The notes under the pieces were generated by a model, which was not told the DNA's origin, searched no databases, and saw nothing but the letters and a program-made list of their open reading frames with translations. Made by a program: the position numbers and the translations under genes. From Candidatus Rokuibacteriota bacterium (GTDB taxonomy: Bacteria > JAUVQV01 > DATDCY01): a DNA stretch of 64,000 nt. The stretch lies in NCBI GenBank assembly GCA_031406795.1, contig JANOHV010000007.1:48574-112573 (forward strand). The letters are read 5' to 3'. Of the stretch, positions 56,646 to 64,000 are shown in pieces; within the stretch, counting starts at the first letter, position 1; every line of letters begins with the position of its first letter.

Positions 56646-56936
56646 CTACTTGAACTTCTGGCCCTTTGCAACCACCTTGCCGTCGTGGAACTGGATAAGG
56701 CCCCTCTTGTAGAACCAGGTTTCGCTCGACCCAGCCGGCGTTGGCAACACCGTACCGACCCCGCTCGACTCCATGCGGAACTTCTGATGCGGCTTGCCGG
56801 CAACCGTCAAGACCTGGTCCACCGTCATGCCGAGCGAAACCTTCTCGTAGTTTTGCAGCACCGCTGCGCAGCCGAACCCGAGCGCCCCGACGACGACCGC
56901 CGTGGCGAACATCCCCGCCTTCTGCCTGCACGACAT
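56646..56936 (-). CDS. Small lipoprotein, BamE/SmpA-OmlA-like
   Basis: 96 aa. Lipobox ..VVVGALGFGC, then ..KVSLGMTVDQVLTVAGKPHQ..WFYKRGLIQFHDGKVV typical of the SmpA/OmlA fold. Confidence 0.5.
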   Translation of the reverse strand: MSCRQKAGMFATAVVVGALGFGCAAVLQNYEKVSLGMTVDQVLTVAGKPHQKFRMESSGVGTVLPTPAGSSETWFYKRGLIQFHDGKVVAKGQKFK

Positions 56937-57094
56937 GTTCCACCTCCGAACCCGATTGCGGGATGCGCCGCCGCCACCCCTGTGACGGACTCCGTCCCTT
57001 GTTCGTTTCGACGCGCAAGGCCCGGAAAGGTTTCCGCCACGGAACTCCGCGATCCGCTTGACGTTGCGCGACCGTCCCTGCTATGCTCGATTTC

Positions 57095-57230
57095 GTCAAG
57101 GGGGAGTAGCTGAACCGGCCACCATCGTCAGCACGGCCCGTAGGGGCCCGGTGGCGCCGGATTCGGGGAACTGAACAGGCGAGACCTTTGTCGCGGCGCA
57201 CGAGTGCTGCGGCAAAGGTCTTTTTTTTGG
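57095..57230 (+). promoter_or_regulatory. Probable yybP-ykoY (Mn2+) riboswitch with an intrinsic terminator as expression platform, 5' of the UPF0016 exporter gene
   Basis: Conserved elements read directly: AAGGGGGAGUAGC (57097-57110), CGUCAGCA, GGCGAGACC, then GACCUUUGUCGCGG...CCGCAAAGGUC + U8 (57183-57228). UPF0016/MneA-type genes are a known target class of this riboswitch. Confidence 0.5.
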
Positions 57231-57290
57231 CTCGGGAGGGGCGATGCAGCGCAAGAAGGACGCCGGCGCCGGCTGGGCGGGCGGGCGCGG

Positions 57291-57965
57291 ATGACCGCGT
57301 TTCTCGCCTCCCTGGCATTCGTCGTCCTCGCGGAGATGGGCGACAAGACCCAACTGCTCGCGATGGCCTTCGCCACCAAGTTCCGCTGGCAAACGGTCAT
57401 GTGGGGCGTCCTCGTCGCGACGATGGCCAACCACCTGATGGCGGCTGCCGCCGGCAGTTGGCTGGCCACGGTTGTGCCGCTGGCGACCATCAAGATCGTC
57501 GCGGCCGCGTCCTTCATCCTCTTCGGACTGTGGACGATCCGCGGCGACCAGCTCGAGGGCGAAGACGAGCGTTACCACTTCAGCCCGTTCTGGACCGTCG
57601 CGGTGGCCTTCTTCATCGCCGAGATGGGGGACAAGACGCAGCTGGCGACGATCTCGCTCGCGGTCAAGTATAATGCGATCTGGTCGGTCTGGCTGGGTAC
57701 CACGGCGGGGATGATGGTCGCCGACGCCATCGGCATCGGCGTCGGGATCGTGATGGGCAAGCGCATCCCCGAGCGGGCGGTCAAGTGGGGGGCGGCGCTG
57801 ATCTTCATCGCCTTCGGCGTCTACGGCCTCTGGGAAAACCTGCCGCGCGAACTCTGGCGGGCGCCGGTGGTTTTCGCCGGCGCGGCGGCGCTCGCGGCCG
57901 CGATCTGGGGCATGGCGCGCTGGGGTTCGGGTCGCGCGGTCGTCGCGGGAACCGGCGGCGGATGA
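57291..57965 (+). CDS. UPF0016 (GDT1/TMEM165/MneA-family) putative Mn2+/Ca2+ exporter, two E-x-G-D-K-T repeats
   Basis: ORF 57204..57965, trimmed to ATG 57291 (MTAFLASLAFVVLAEMGDKTQLLAMAF...FFIAEMGDKTQLATISLA). Confidence 0.8.
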   Translation: MTAFLASLAFVVLAEMGDKTQLLAMAFATKFRWQTVMWGVLVATMANHLMAAAAGSWLATVVPLATIKIVAAASFILFGLWTIRGDQLEGEDERYHFSPFWTVAVAFFIAEMGDKTQLATISLAVKYNAIWSVWLGTTAGMMVADAIGIGVGIVMGKRIPERAVKWGAALIFIAFGVYGLWENLPRELWRAPVVFAGAAALAAAIWGMARWGSGRAVVAGTGGG

Positions 57966-58047
57966 CGGGGTCAAAGGCACGGGACGCGTGCGGTGGAGCC
58001 CCGCCGCCCGTTGAGGAAAACAGGCACAACCTGAGAGGGAGACCGGC

Positions 58048-58338
58048 ATGAAGTGTCCGACCTGCAGCATCGACCTGGTGATGTCCGAGCGACAGGGCAT
58101 CGAAATCGACTACTGCCCGACCTGCCGGGGCGTCTGGCTGGATCGGGGCGAACTCGACAAGATCATCGAGCGATCGCAGCAGGACCGCACGGAGGCGCCG
58201 CAGGTTCCGATCCCGCAACAGCCGGTGCGGCGTGAGGAGTATCGCGGGAGCGATCACCACCATGGCAGCCACCATGACGATCACGGCTACTCCGGGAAGC
58301 ACAAGCGCAAATCATTCCTTGCGGAGTTATTCGACTGA
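58048..58338 (+). CDS. Zinc-ribbon protein (TFIIB-type zf) with a His-rich C-terminal tail
   Basis: 96 aa. MKCPTCSIDLVMSERQGIEIDYCPTCRGVWLDRGELDKII...GSDHHHGSHHDDHGYSGKH. Confidence 0.55.
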   Translation: MKCPTCSIDLVMSERQGIEIDYCPTCRGVWLDRGELDKIIERSQQDRTEAPQVPIPQQPVRREEYRGSDHHHGSHHDDHGYSGKHKRKSFLAELFD

Positions 58339-58364
58339 CGCTCTCTCGAAACGAGGTACATCGC

Positions 58365-61067
58365 ATGGCTGATCCTGGAACCGTGGCGGACAAGGCGGCG
58401 GGTGCGCAGCCCGCAGCGGCCTGGCACACACTGGGCGTCGACGCGGCGCTCGCGGCGCTCGAAACCCGCCCCGGCGGCCTGAGCGCCGCCGAGGCCGAAG
58501 CGCGCCTCGTGGCCCACGGTCCGAACGAGCTGGTCGCAAAGCGCAAGCGCACGCCATTCGCGATGTTCCTCGACCAGTTCAAGGATTTCATGATCGTCGT
58601 GCTGATCGCCGCCGCCGTGCTCGCCGGCGTGCTCGGCGAGGTGGCCGACACGATCGCCATTGTCGTGATCGTGGTGCTCAATGCCGCGCTGGGATTCACG
58701 CAGGAGTTTCGGGCCGAAAAGGCGATGGAGGCCCTCAAGAAGATGGCCGCAACGCTGGCGACGGTCGTCCGGGACGGCGCCCCCGCCTCAGTTCCCGCGG
58801 CGCACCTCGTTCCCGGCGACGTCGTGCACCTCGAGGCGGGAAACGTCGTGCCGGCCGACCTGCGGCTGACCGAGGCCGCGCGGCTCAAAGTCGAGGAGGC
58901 CGCGCTGACGGGCGAGTCGGTCCCGTCGGAAAAACAGACGGACGCTCTGCCCGACCCGGGCCTGCCGATCGGCGATCGCAAGAACCTGGCTTACAAGGGG
59001 ACGGTCGTCACCTACGGTCGCGCGACGGGCCTCGTGGTCGCCACGGGGATGCGGACCGAACTGGGCCGGATCGCCTCGATGCTCCAGGACGAGGAGGAGG
59101 GGAAGACCCCGCTGCAGAAGCGCCTCGTCGCCTTCGGCAAGAAGCTCGCGTTCGCGATCCTGGCCATCTGCGCGGTCGTGTTTCTGATTGGTATCCTGCG
59201 CGGCGAACCGCCGCTGCTGATGCTGCTCACGGCTGTGTCTCTGGCCGTCGCCGCGATCCCGGAAGCGCTGCCGGCGGTGATCACCATCTCGCTCGCCTTC
59301 GGTGCGAAGAAGATGGTCCGACAGAACGCACTCGTGCGCAAGCTGCCCGCCGTCGAGACGCTTGGTTCCGTGACCTACATCTGCTCCGACAAGACCGGCA
59401 CGCTGACGTTGAACCGGATGACGGCGGAGGAAGTCTACGTCGACGGCCGGCTCTTCGCCAAAGCGGAGATGCGCGGCGAACCAGCGCCGAAGGATGCCGG
59501 CACGCCAGTCGTCCTGCCGCTGCCGAAGCTGCTCCTCGCGGTGGCCCTCTCCAATGACGCGAAGCAGGACGCCGCCGGCGCGATCATCGGCGACCCGACC
59601 GAGGCTGCCCTCTTCACGCTGGCTGCCGAGGGCGGTTTCGCGAAGGCGGCGCTGGAAGGGAGCTACCCGCGGCTGGCGGAGCTGCCCTTCGATTCGGAAC
59701 GCAAGCTGATGACGACGTTTCACGCCTGGGAGGGGGGGAAGGTCGTCTCCTTTACGAAGGGGGCCGTCGAGGTGGTGCTCGAGCGCGCCTCCCGCGTGCT
59801 CACGGCGCAGGGGGAGGTCGATCTGGCGCCCGCGGAGATCCTCGGCGTGGCCGACCGGATCGCCGCCGACGGCCTGCGCGCCCTCGGTTTCGGCATGCGG
59901 GTCTGGGACCGGCTCCCTGAAAACCCGGAGGCCGCGGAGGTCGAGTCGGGCCTGACGCTCCTCGGGCTCGTGGGCCTGATGGACCCGCCGCGGCCGGAGG
60001 CGAAGGACGCGGTCGCGCTGTGCCGCAAAGCCGGGATCGTGCCCGTGATGATCACCGGCGACCACCCGCTGACGGCGCGGGCGATCGCCCGGCGCATCGG
60101 GATTCTGGACGACGGCCACGCGGACAACCAGATCATCACCGGGCGCGAGCTCGACCAGCTCTCGCTCGAGGAATTCGAGGAGCGGGTCGAGCGGATCCGG
60201 GTCTACGCGCGGGTCGCCCCGGAGCAGAAGCTCAAGATCGTCAAGGCGCTGCAGGACCGCGGTCAGTTCGTCGCGATGACCGGCGACGGCGTCAACGACG
60301 CGCCGGCGCTCAAGCGCGCGGACATCGGCGTCGCGATGGGGATCACCGGCACGGACGTCTCGAAAGAGGCGTCGCACATGATCCTGCTCGACGACAACTT
60401 CGCGACCATCGTCAAGGCGGTCAAGGAGGGGCGGCGGATCTTCGACAACATCCGCAAGTTCATCAAGTACGCGATGACCGGCAACTCCGCGGAGATCTGG
60501 ACCATCTTCCTCGCGCCGTTCTTCGGGATGCCGATCCCGCTGCTGCCGATCCACATCCTCTGGATCAACCTCGTGACCGACGGGCTCCCCGGACTGGCCC
60601 TGGCCGCGGAGCCCGGCGAGAAGGGGATCATGGAGCGGCCGCCGCGCCACCCGAAGGAGAGCATCTTCGCCGACGGCATGGGCACGCACATCGTCTGGGT
60701 CGGCCTGCTGATGGGAGCCGCGTCCCTCGGCACCCAGGCCTGGTCCATGCGAACCGGCTTCGCGCACTGGCAGACGATGGTCTTTACCGTGCTCTGCCTC
60801 AACCAGATGGGGCACGTGCTCGCGATCCGCTCCGAGCGCGAGTCGCTCTTCAGCCAGGGGCTGTTCTCGAACAAGCCGCTGGTGGGCGCGTTCGCGCTGA
60901 CCTTCGCGCTGCAGATGGCCACGATCTATGTGCCGCTTCTCAACCCGATCTTCAAGACCGAGCCGCTGACGGCCGCGGAGCTCGGTTTCACGCTCGTCAT
61001 GTCGACGGTGGTCTTCATCGCCGTCGAGATCGAGAAGTTCTTCAAGCGCCGGAAAAGAACCTCCTGA
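58365..61067 (+). CDS. Cation-transporting P-type ATPase, P2-type (Ca2+/Mn2+-ATPase-like)
   Basis: 900 aa. ICSDKTGTLTLN (phosphorylation site), TGDHPLTA, MTGDGVNDAPALKRADIGVAMGITGTDVSKEAS, 10 TM helices, N-terminal cation-ATPase_N domain. Confidence 0.9.
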   Translation: MADPGTVADKAAGAQPAAAWHTLGVDAALAALETRPGGLSAAEAEARLVAHGPNELVAKRKRTPFAMFLDQFKDFMIVVLIAAAVLAGVLGEVADTIAIVVIVVLNAALGFTQEFRAEKAMEALKKMAATLATVVRDGAPASVPAAHLVPGDVVHLEAGNVVPADLRLTEAARLKVEEAALTGESVPSEKQTDALPDPGLPIGDRKNLAYKGTVVTYGRATGLVVATGMRTELGRIASMLQDEEEGKTPLQKRLVAFGKKLAFAILAICAVVFLIGILRGEPPLLMLLTAVSLAVAAIPEALPAVITISLAFGAKKMVRQNALVRKLPAVETLGSVTYICSDKTGTLTLNRMTAEEVYVDGRLFAKAEMRGEPAPKDAGTPVVLPLPKLLLAVALSNDAKQDAAGAIIGDPTEAALFTLAAEGGFAKAALEGSYPRLAELPFDSERKLMTTFHAWEGGKVVSFTKGAVEVVLERASRVLTAQGEVDLAPAEILGVADRIAADGLRALGFGMRVWDRLPENPEAAEVESGLTLLGLVGLMDPPRPEAKDAVALCRKAGIVPVMITGDHPLTARAIARRIGILDDGHADNQIITGRELDQLSLEEFEERVERIRVYARVAPEQKLKIVKALQDRGQFVAMTGDGVNDAPALKRADIGVAMGITGTDVSKEASHMILLDDNFATIVKAVKEGRRIFDNIRKFIKYAMTGNSAEIWTIFLAPFFGMPIPLLPIHILWINLVTDGLPGLALAAEPGEKGIMERPPRHPKESIFADGMGTHIVWVGLLMGAASLGTQAWSMRTGFAHWQTMVFTVLCLNQMGHVLAIRSERESLFSQGLFSNKPLVGAFALTFALQMATIYVPLLNPIFKTEPLTAAELGFTLVMSTVVFIAVEIEKFFKRRKRTS

Positions 61068-61105
61068 TACGCACGAAGAGCTCGAAGCACGGGAGAGGCA
61101 TTACG

Positions 61106-61543
61106 ATGACCCAGTCCGGTCGCACATCCAATACGAACTGGGCCATACTTTTTCTCTGCTGGCTTTTGGCCAGCGGATCAACCCTGGGAAGTGTGTTTTT
61201 CAGTAATGTAATGGAGTTTGCTCCCTGTGTTCTGTGTTGGTATCAGAGAATATGCCTGTTTCCTCTGGTAGTTATCTTAGCCGCCGGGCTGTTCCCTTTT
61301 GACAAGAGCGTTGTGAAGTACGCCCTGCCTTTGGCGACAGCCGGCTGGCTGACGGCCCTTTATCACACCTTGCTCTATTCCGGAATCATCCCGGAGCGTA
61401 TGCGACCTTGCACACAAGGGGTTTCTTGTACGGAAGAATACATCAATCTGTTCGGATTTCTGACGATACCAATGCTTTCCCTCCTTTCATTTTCAATACT
61501 CGTCGCTCTGTTGACGACCTTAAAAATGAGGGTAACCAAGTGA
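61106..61543 (+). CDS. dsbB: DsbB/BdbC-family disulfide bond formation protein B (low-GC segment)
   Basis: 145 aa, four TM helices, Cys pairs C..C (CVLCWYQRI) and C....C (CTQGVSC). GC ~50% versus ~68% around it. Not in the ORF track because it is hidden under the artefact ORF 60020..61543. Confidence 0.7.
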   Translation: MTQSGRTSNTNWAILFLCWLLASGSTLGSVFFSNVMEFAPCVLCWYQRICLFPLVVILAAGLFPFDKSVVKYALPLATAGWLTALYHTLLYSGIIPERMRPCTQGVSCTEEYINLFGFLTIPMLSLLSFSILVALLTTLKMRVTK

Positions 61544-62193
61544 AATATGTCCTGTTTGGAGTTTCAGGTTTAGTGTTGATCGTCGTATTTGTCTTCGCCG
61601 CGTCCTCCTACAAGGGACGACAGGCTGAAAAGTACGGCTTTATGGCCCAGCAGAGCGCTGCAACTTTTGTCAGAGACCACTCGCAGACGCTCGGCAGCGA
61701 TAGTGCCAAAGTCTATCTTGTCGAGTTTATGGACCCCGCCTGTGAAACCTGTGCAGCCTTTTCTCCTTTCGTTAAGCAATTGCTGGGCGCCTATCCCGGC
61801 AAAATAAAACTTGTTCTTCGCTATGCCCCGTTTCACCAAGGTGCCGACTATTTTGTCAAGATTCTCGAGGCAGCCAGAAGACAGGGTAGATATTGGGAGA
61901 CGTTGGATGTCATGTACAAGTCGCAGCCATACTGGGCCAGCCACCACAATCCACAACCTGAAAAGATCTGGCAATTCCTTCCAGCGGCTGGACTCGATGT
62001 GGAGCGAATCAAGAAGGATATGAGCGACCCTGCAATCGTCAAACTCATTGAACAGGATCTTGCCGATGCCAAGACGCTCGCTGTTCGAAAGACGCCAGGA
62101 TTCTTTGTTAATGGGAAGCCGCTCCAAGTCTTTGGATCCGAGCAATTACTGCAATTGGTTCGGACTGAAATCAGCGCCAGCTACCCGGAATAA
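61540..62193 (+). CDS. DsbA/BdbD-family thiol:disulfide oxidoreductase (thioredoxin fold, CETC active site), membrane-anchored
   Basis: GTG 61540 overlaps the dsbB stop. (V)KYVLFGVSGLVLIVVFVFAASS...LVEFMDPACETCAAFSP. Confidence 0.7.
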   Translation: MKYVLFGVSGLVLIVVFVFAASSYKGRQAEKYGFMAQQSAATFVRDHSQTLGSDSAKVYLVEFMDPACETCAAFSPFVKQLLGAYPGKIKLVLRYAPFHQGADYFVKILEAARRQGRYWETLDVMYKSQPYWASHHNPQPEKIWQFLPAAGLDVERIKKDMSDPAIVKLIEQDLADAKTLAVRKTPGFFVNGKPLQVFGSEQLLQLVRTEISASYPE

Positions 62194-62238
62194 CCAACCA
62201 TGCCCTCAAGACCCGGATTGTGGAGGTTACAGGCGATT

Positions 62239-62748
62239 ATGAACAGATTGACGCTCATGGTTCTGGCGTGTTGTGCGCCCCTGTTCGCTGCTTCCTGCGA
62301 ACAAGCTCCAAAGGTGGCGGAAGTGGGGAAGTTGGCCCCGGACTTTACCCTCGTCGACACAAAAGGCACTACCTGGACTCTCTCCCAACTCAGAGGTCAG
62401 GTGGTATTCGTCAATTTTTGGGCAACCTGGTGTCCTCCCTGCCGCGAGGAGATGCCTGCGATGCAACGGCTGTACGCGATGATGCCGAACGATACCTTTA
62501 AAATGCTGGCGGTGCTTGAAAATGACGACCCGGCACGGGCGGATTCTTTTGCCGCAAAAGCCGGCATCACGCTGCCAATTCTCGTTGATCGAGACAAGAA
62601 GGTCTGGCCGAAATATGGACTTACCGGAGTGCCTGAGACGTTCATCGTCGACAAGCAGGGTGTGATCCGGGAAAAATTCATTGGCCCTGCTCAGTGGGAC
62701 TCGCCCAGATATCTGCAGATATTGGAGAAATACCTGAATCAGAAATGA
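62239..62748 (+). CDS. TlpA/ResA-family thiol-disulfide oxidoreductase lipoprotein (WCPPC active site)
   Basis: ORF 62200..62748, trimmed to MNRLTLMVLACCAPLFAASC (lipobox; ATG 62239, GGAGG SD) ...FVNFWATWCPPCREEMP. Confidence 0.8.
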   Translation: MNRLTLMVLACCAPLFAASCEQAPKVAEVGKLAPDFTLVDTKGTTWTLSQLRGQVVFVNFWATWCPPCREEMPAMQRLYAMMPNDTFKMLAVLENDDPARADSFAAKAGITLPILVDRDKKVWPKYGLTGVPETFIVDKQGVIREKFIGPAQWDSPRYLQILEKYLNQK

Positions 62749-62790
62749 TGAGCATCGGGTGATTTCAATAACAAACGGGAGGGCAAGACT

Positions 62791-63255
62791 GTGCGGACAA
62801 GAATTCTTGTGATTTCAGCCGTTGCTGTTGTTTGCGGGTTCACGCGGTTTGCCGGCGCCGAGGAGACGACGTGGCGCTCCGGCATCGCGCAGATTATCCA
62901 GGCGCGGTGTGCGGGCTGTCACGGCGCCGCCGCCAAGGAGTACAACGACTGGAATCTGGGGGACAAGAAGGATGCCCCGCGCATGGACACCTACCCGGCG
63001 TTCATGACGTACGTCGTCTGGCCGGCGACCGGGGCGATCATGCGCCGGCTCGATGACGGCAAGAGCGCGGCGGACGGCAAAGCCGGCAACATGTACGCCC
63101 ACCTCGGCGAGGGCGCCGAAGAGCGCGCCGCGAACCTCGCGAAAATCAAGAGCTGGCTCGGCGACGGCGCGTGGAACCTGAATCGCTGGGGCGCCCGCGG
63201 GGATGTCCCGGGCGTCACCAAGGAGCAACTCGACAAGATCAAGGCGAAATACTGA
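62791..63255 (+). CDS. Secreted monohaem c-type cytochrome (CAGCH)
   Basis: 154 aa, GTG start, signal peptide MRTRILVISAVAVVCGFTRFAGA, single CAGCH haem motif. Confidence 0.6.
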   Translation: MRTRILVISAVAVVCGFTRFAGAEETTWRSGIAQIIQARCAGCHGAAAKEYNDWNLGDKKDAPRMDTYPAFMTYVVWPATGAIMRRLDDGKSAADGKAGNMYAHLGEGAEERAANLAKIKSWLGDGAWNLNRWGARGDVPGVTKEQLDKIKAKY

Positions 63256-63321
63256 CGGAGCAGCGGCGGCGGCCCCGGGCAGTGCGCGCGCGGATCGCGA
63301 CAGCGCGCAGCCGATTCCGGC

Positions 63322-64000
63322 TCAGGGCGGCAATTCGGTCGCCGGCGTCTGCCGGTCGAGCAGACGGAGAAAGACATCGACCACAGCAGGGTCGTACTGT
63401 TTGCCGGCCTGTGCGGTCAGATACTCGCGGATGCGGACCGCCGGCCAGGCCGCGCGATAGGGACGGTTGCTCGCGAGCGCGTCCCACGCGTCCACGACGC
63501 TGAAGATGCGCGCTGAAAGGGGGATCTGCGCACCCGCCAGGCCGCGCGGATAACCGGAGCCATCCCACTTCTCGTGGTGGCAGTAAGGGATGTCGATCGC
63601 GCGCCCCAGGTAGCTGATGTTCTGGAGCACATGCCGGGCGAATTCGGGATGCCGGCGCATGATCTCCGTTTCCTCGCCGGTGAGCGGGCCGGGCTTGAGC
63701 AGAATTGCGTCCGGGACCCCCATCTTGCCGATGTCGTGCAGGAGCGCGCCACGCCGCGCGTCGTCGAGTTCCGTGCCGGAGAGGCCAAGTTCCTTCGCCA
63801 CGAGCAGCGTCATCCCCGTCGTGCGGCGGCAATGCCCCTCGGTTTCCGCGTCGCGGAGTTCGAGCGCCCTCGCCCAGCCCTCGAGCGTTTCGTCCCAGGC
63901 ATCGGTGACCTGCCGCGCGAGGCGCTCGTTCTCGATGGCCTGGCCCACGAGGCGGCGCGACGCCTGGGCAACGACGCCGAACAGGGCAAGGTAGAGGAGA
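63322..64000 (-). CDS. HD-GYP domain protein, 5'-truncated by the window edge (reading frame stays open to position 64000)
   Basis: ..GALLHDIGKMGVPDAIL...HHEKWDGSGYPRGL (HD-GYP). No stop upstream of the annotated GTG before the window end (..LLYLALFGVVAQASRRLVGQAIENE..). Confidence 0.75.
   Translation of the reverse strand, partial: LLYLALFGVVAQASRRLVGQAIENERLARQVTDAWDETLEGWARALELRDAETEGHCRRTTGMTLLVAKELGLSGTELDDARRGALLHDIGKMGVPDAILLKPGPLTGEETEIMRRHPEFARHVLQNISYLGRAIDIPYCHHEKWDGSGYPRGLAGAQIPLSARIFSVVDAWDALASNRPYRAAWPAVRIREYLTAQAGKQYDPAVVDVFLRLLDRQTPATELPP

Noticed and set aside
54689-57318. ORFs 54689..56026 (-), 55093..56064 (+), 56287..57318 (-)
   Set aside because: They overlap the IorB fragment, AKR and CsbD region with low-complexity translations; the better-supported small genes and terminator explain this region.
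58788-61543. 675-aa minus-strand ORF and 507-aa plus-strand ORF (60020..61543) overlapping the P-type ATPase
   Set aside because: The P-type ATPase frame has all catalytic signatures; these are artefacts. The 3' part of ORF 60020..61543 masks the real dsbB gene (61106-61543) in another frame.

Overview
High-GC (~65-70%) bacterial chromosomal window, likely from an anaerobic Deltaproteobacteria/Myxococcota-like organism. No rRNA, tRNA or CRISPR array was recognised. Almost every long ORF in the six-frame track that overlaps a good gene on the opposite strand or in another frame is a GC-driven artefact.

Layout, left to right:
(1) 0.2-9.1 kb: defense/addiction island. AbiEi/AbiEii; two long perfect palindromes; HicB-like antitoxin with a HicA remnant; a Type I R-M locus with intact hsdS but hsdM interrupted by an in-frame TAG and hsdR frameshifted; a ParE/RelE toxin with no canonical start next to its antitoxin. 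Copies of a GTTTCAGCA-N2-TGCTGAAAC palindrome lie at 28-119 and 9098-9116.
(2) 9-20 kb: LuxR-type response regulator; a 920-aa secreted BNR / MopE-like Cys-repeat / RCC1 protein; PAS histidine kinase; DUF1025 metallopeptidase; ptsP; an octaheme cytochrome c with a CXXCK haem motif (ONR/NrfA-like); FKBP PPIase; YfcE phosphoesterase.
(3) 20-28 kb: livKHMGF; QueG-like Fe-S protein; ettA; yjbQ.
(4) 28-39 kb: HEAT-repeat protein and HD-GYP pair; CheY-like regulator; hybrid histidine kinase; NamZ/DUF1343; rubrerythrin-like protein; nfnAB.
(5) 39.9-46.7 kb: accessory island in the nfnB 3' flank. It carries decayed duplicates of the nfnB 3' end and of an NTase gene, a transposase remnant, two intact VapBC pairs, HigA with a deleted HigB, MntA with a truncated HepT, VOC and DUF1428 proteins, and a low-GC, horizontally acquired 399-aa gene with a divergent DAC (DisA_N)-like C-terminal domain (44304-45503). 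This last gene is the most interesting candidate in the window.
(6) 46.7-64 kb: nitroreductase; RNase E; a 1198-aa multicopper oxidase whose extra N-terminal domain is paralogous to the adjacent small secreted protein; IorB-like fragment; AKR; CsbD; BamE-like lipoprotein; a probable yybP-ykoY Mn2+ riboswitch upstream of a UPF0016 exporter, a His-rich zinc-ribbon protein and a P-type ATPase; a low-GC dsbB-dsbA-tlpA cluster; cytochrome c; a second HD-GYP protein truncated by the window edge.
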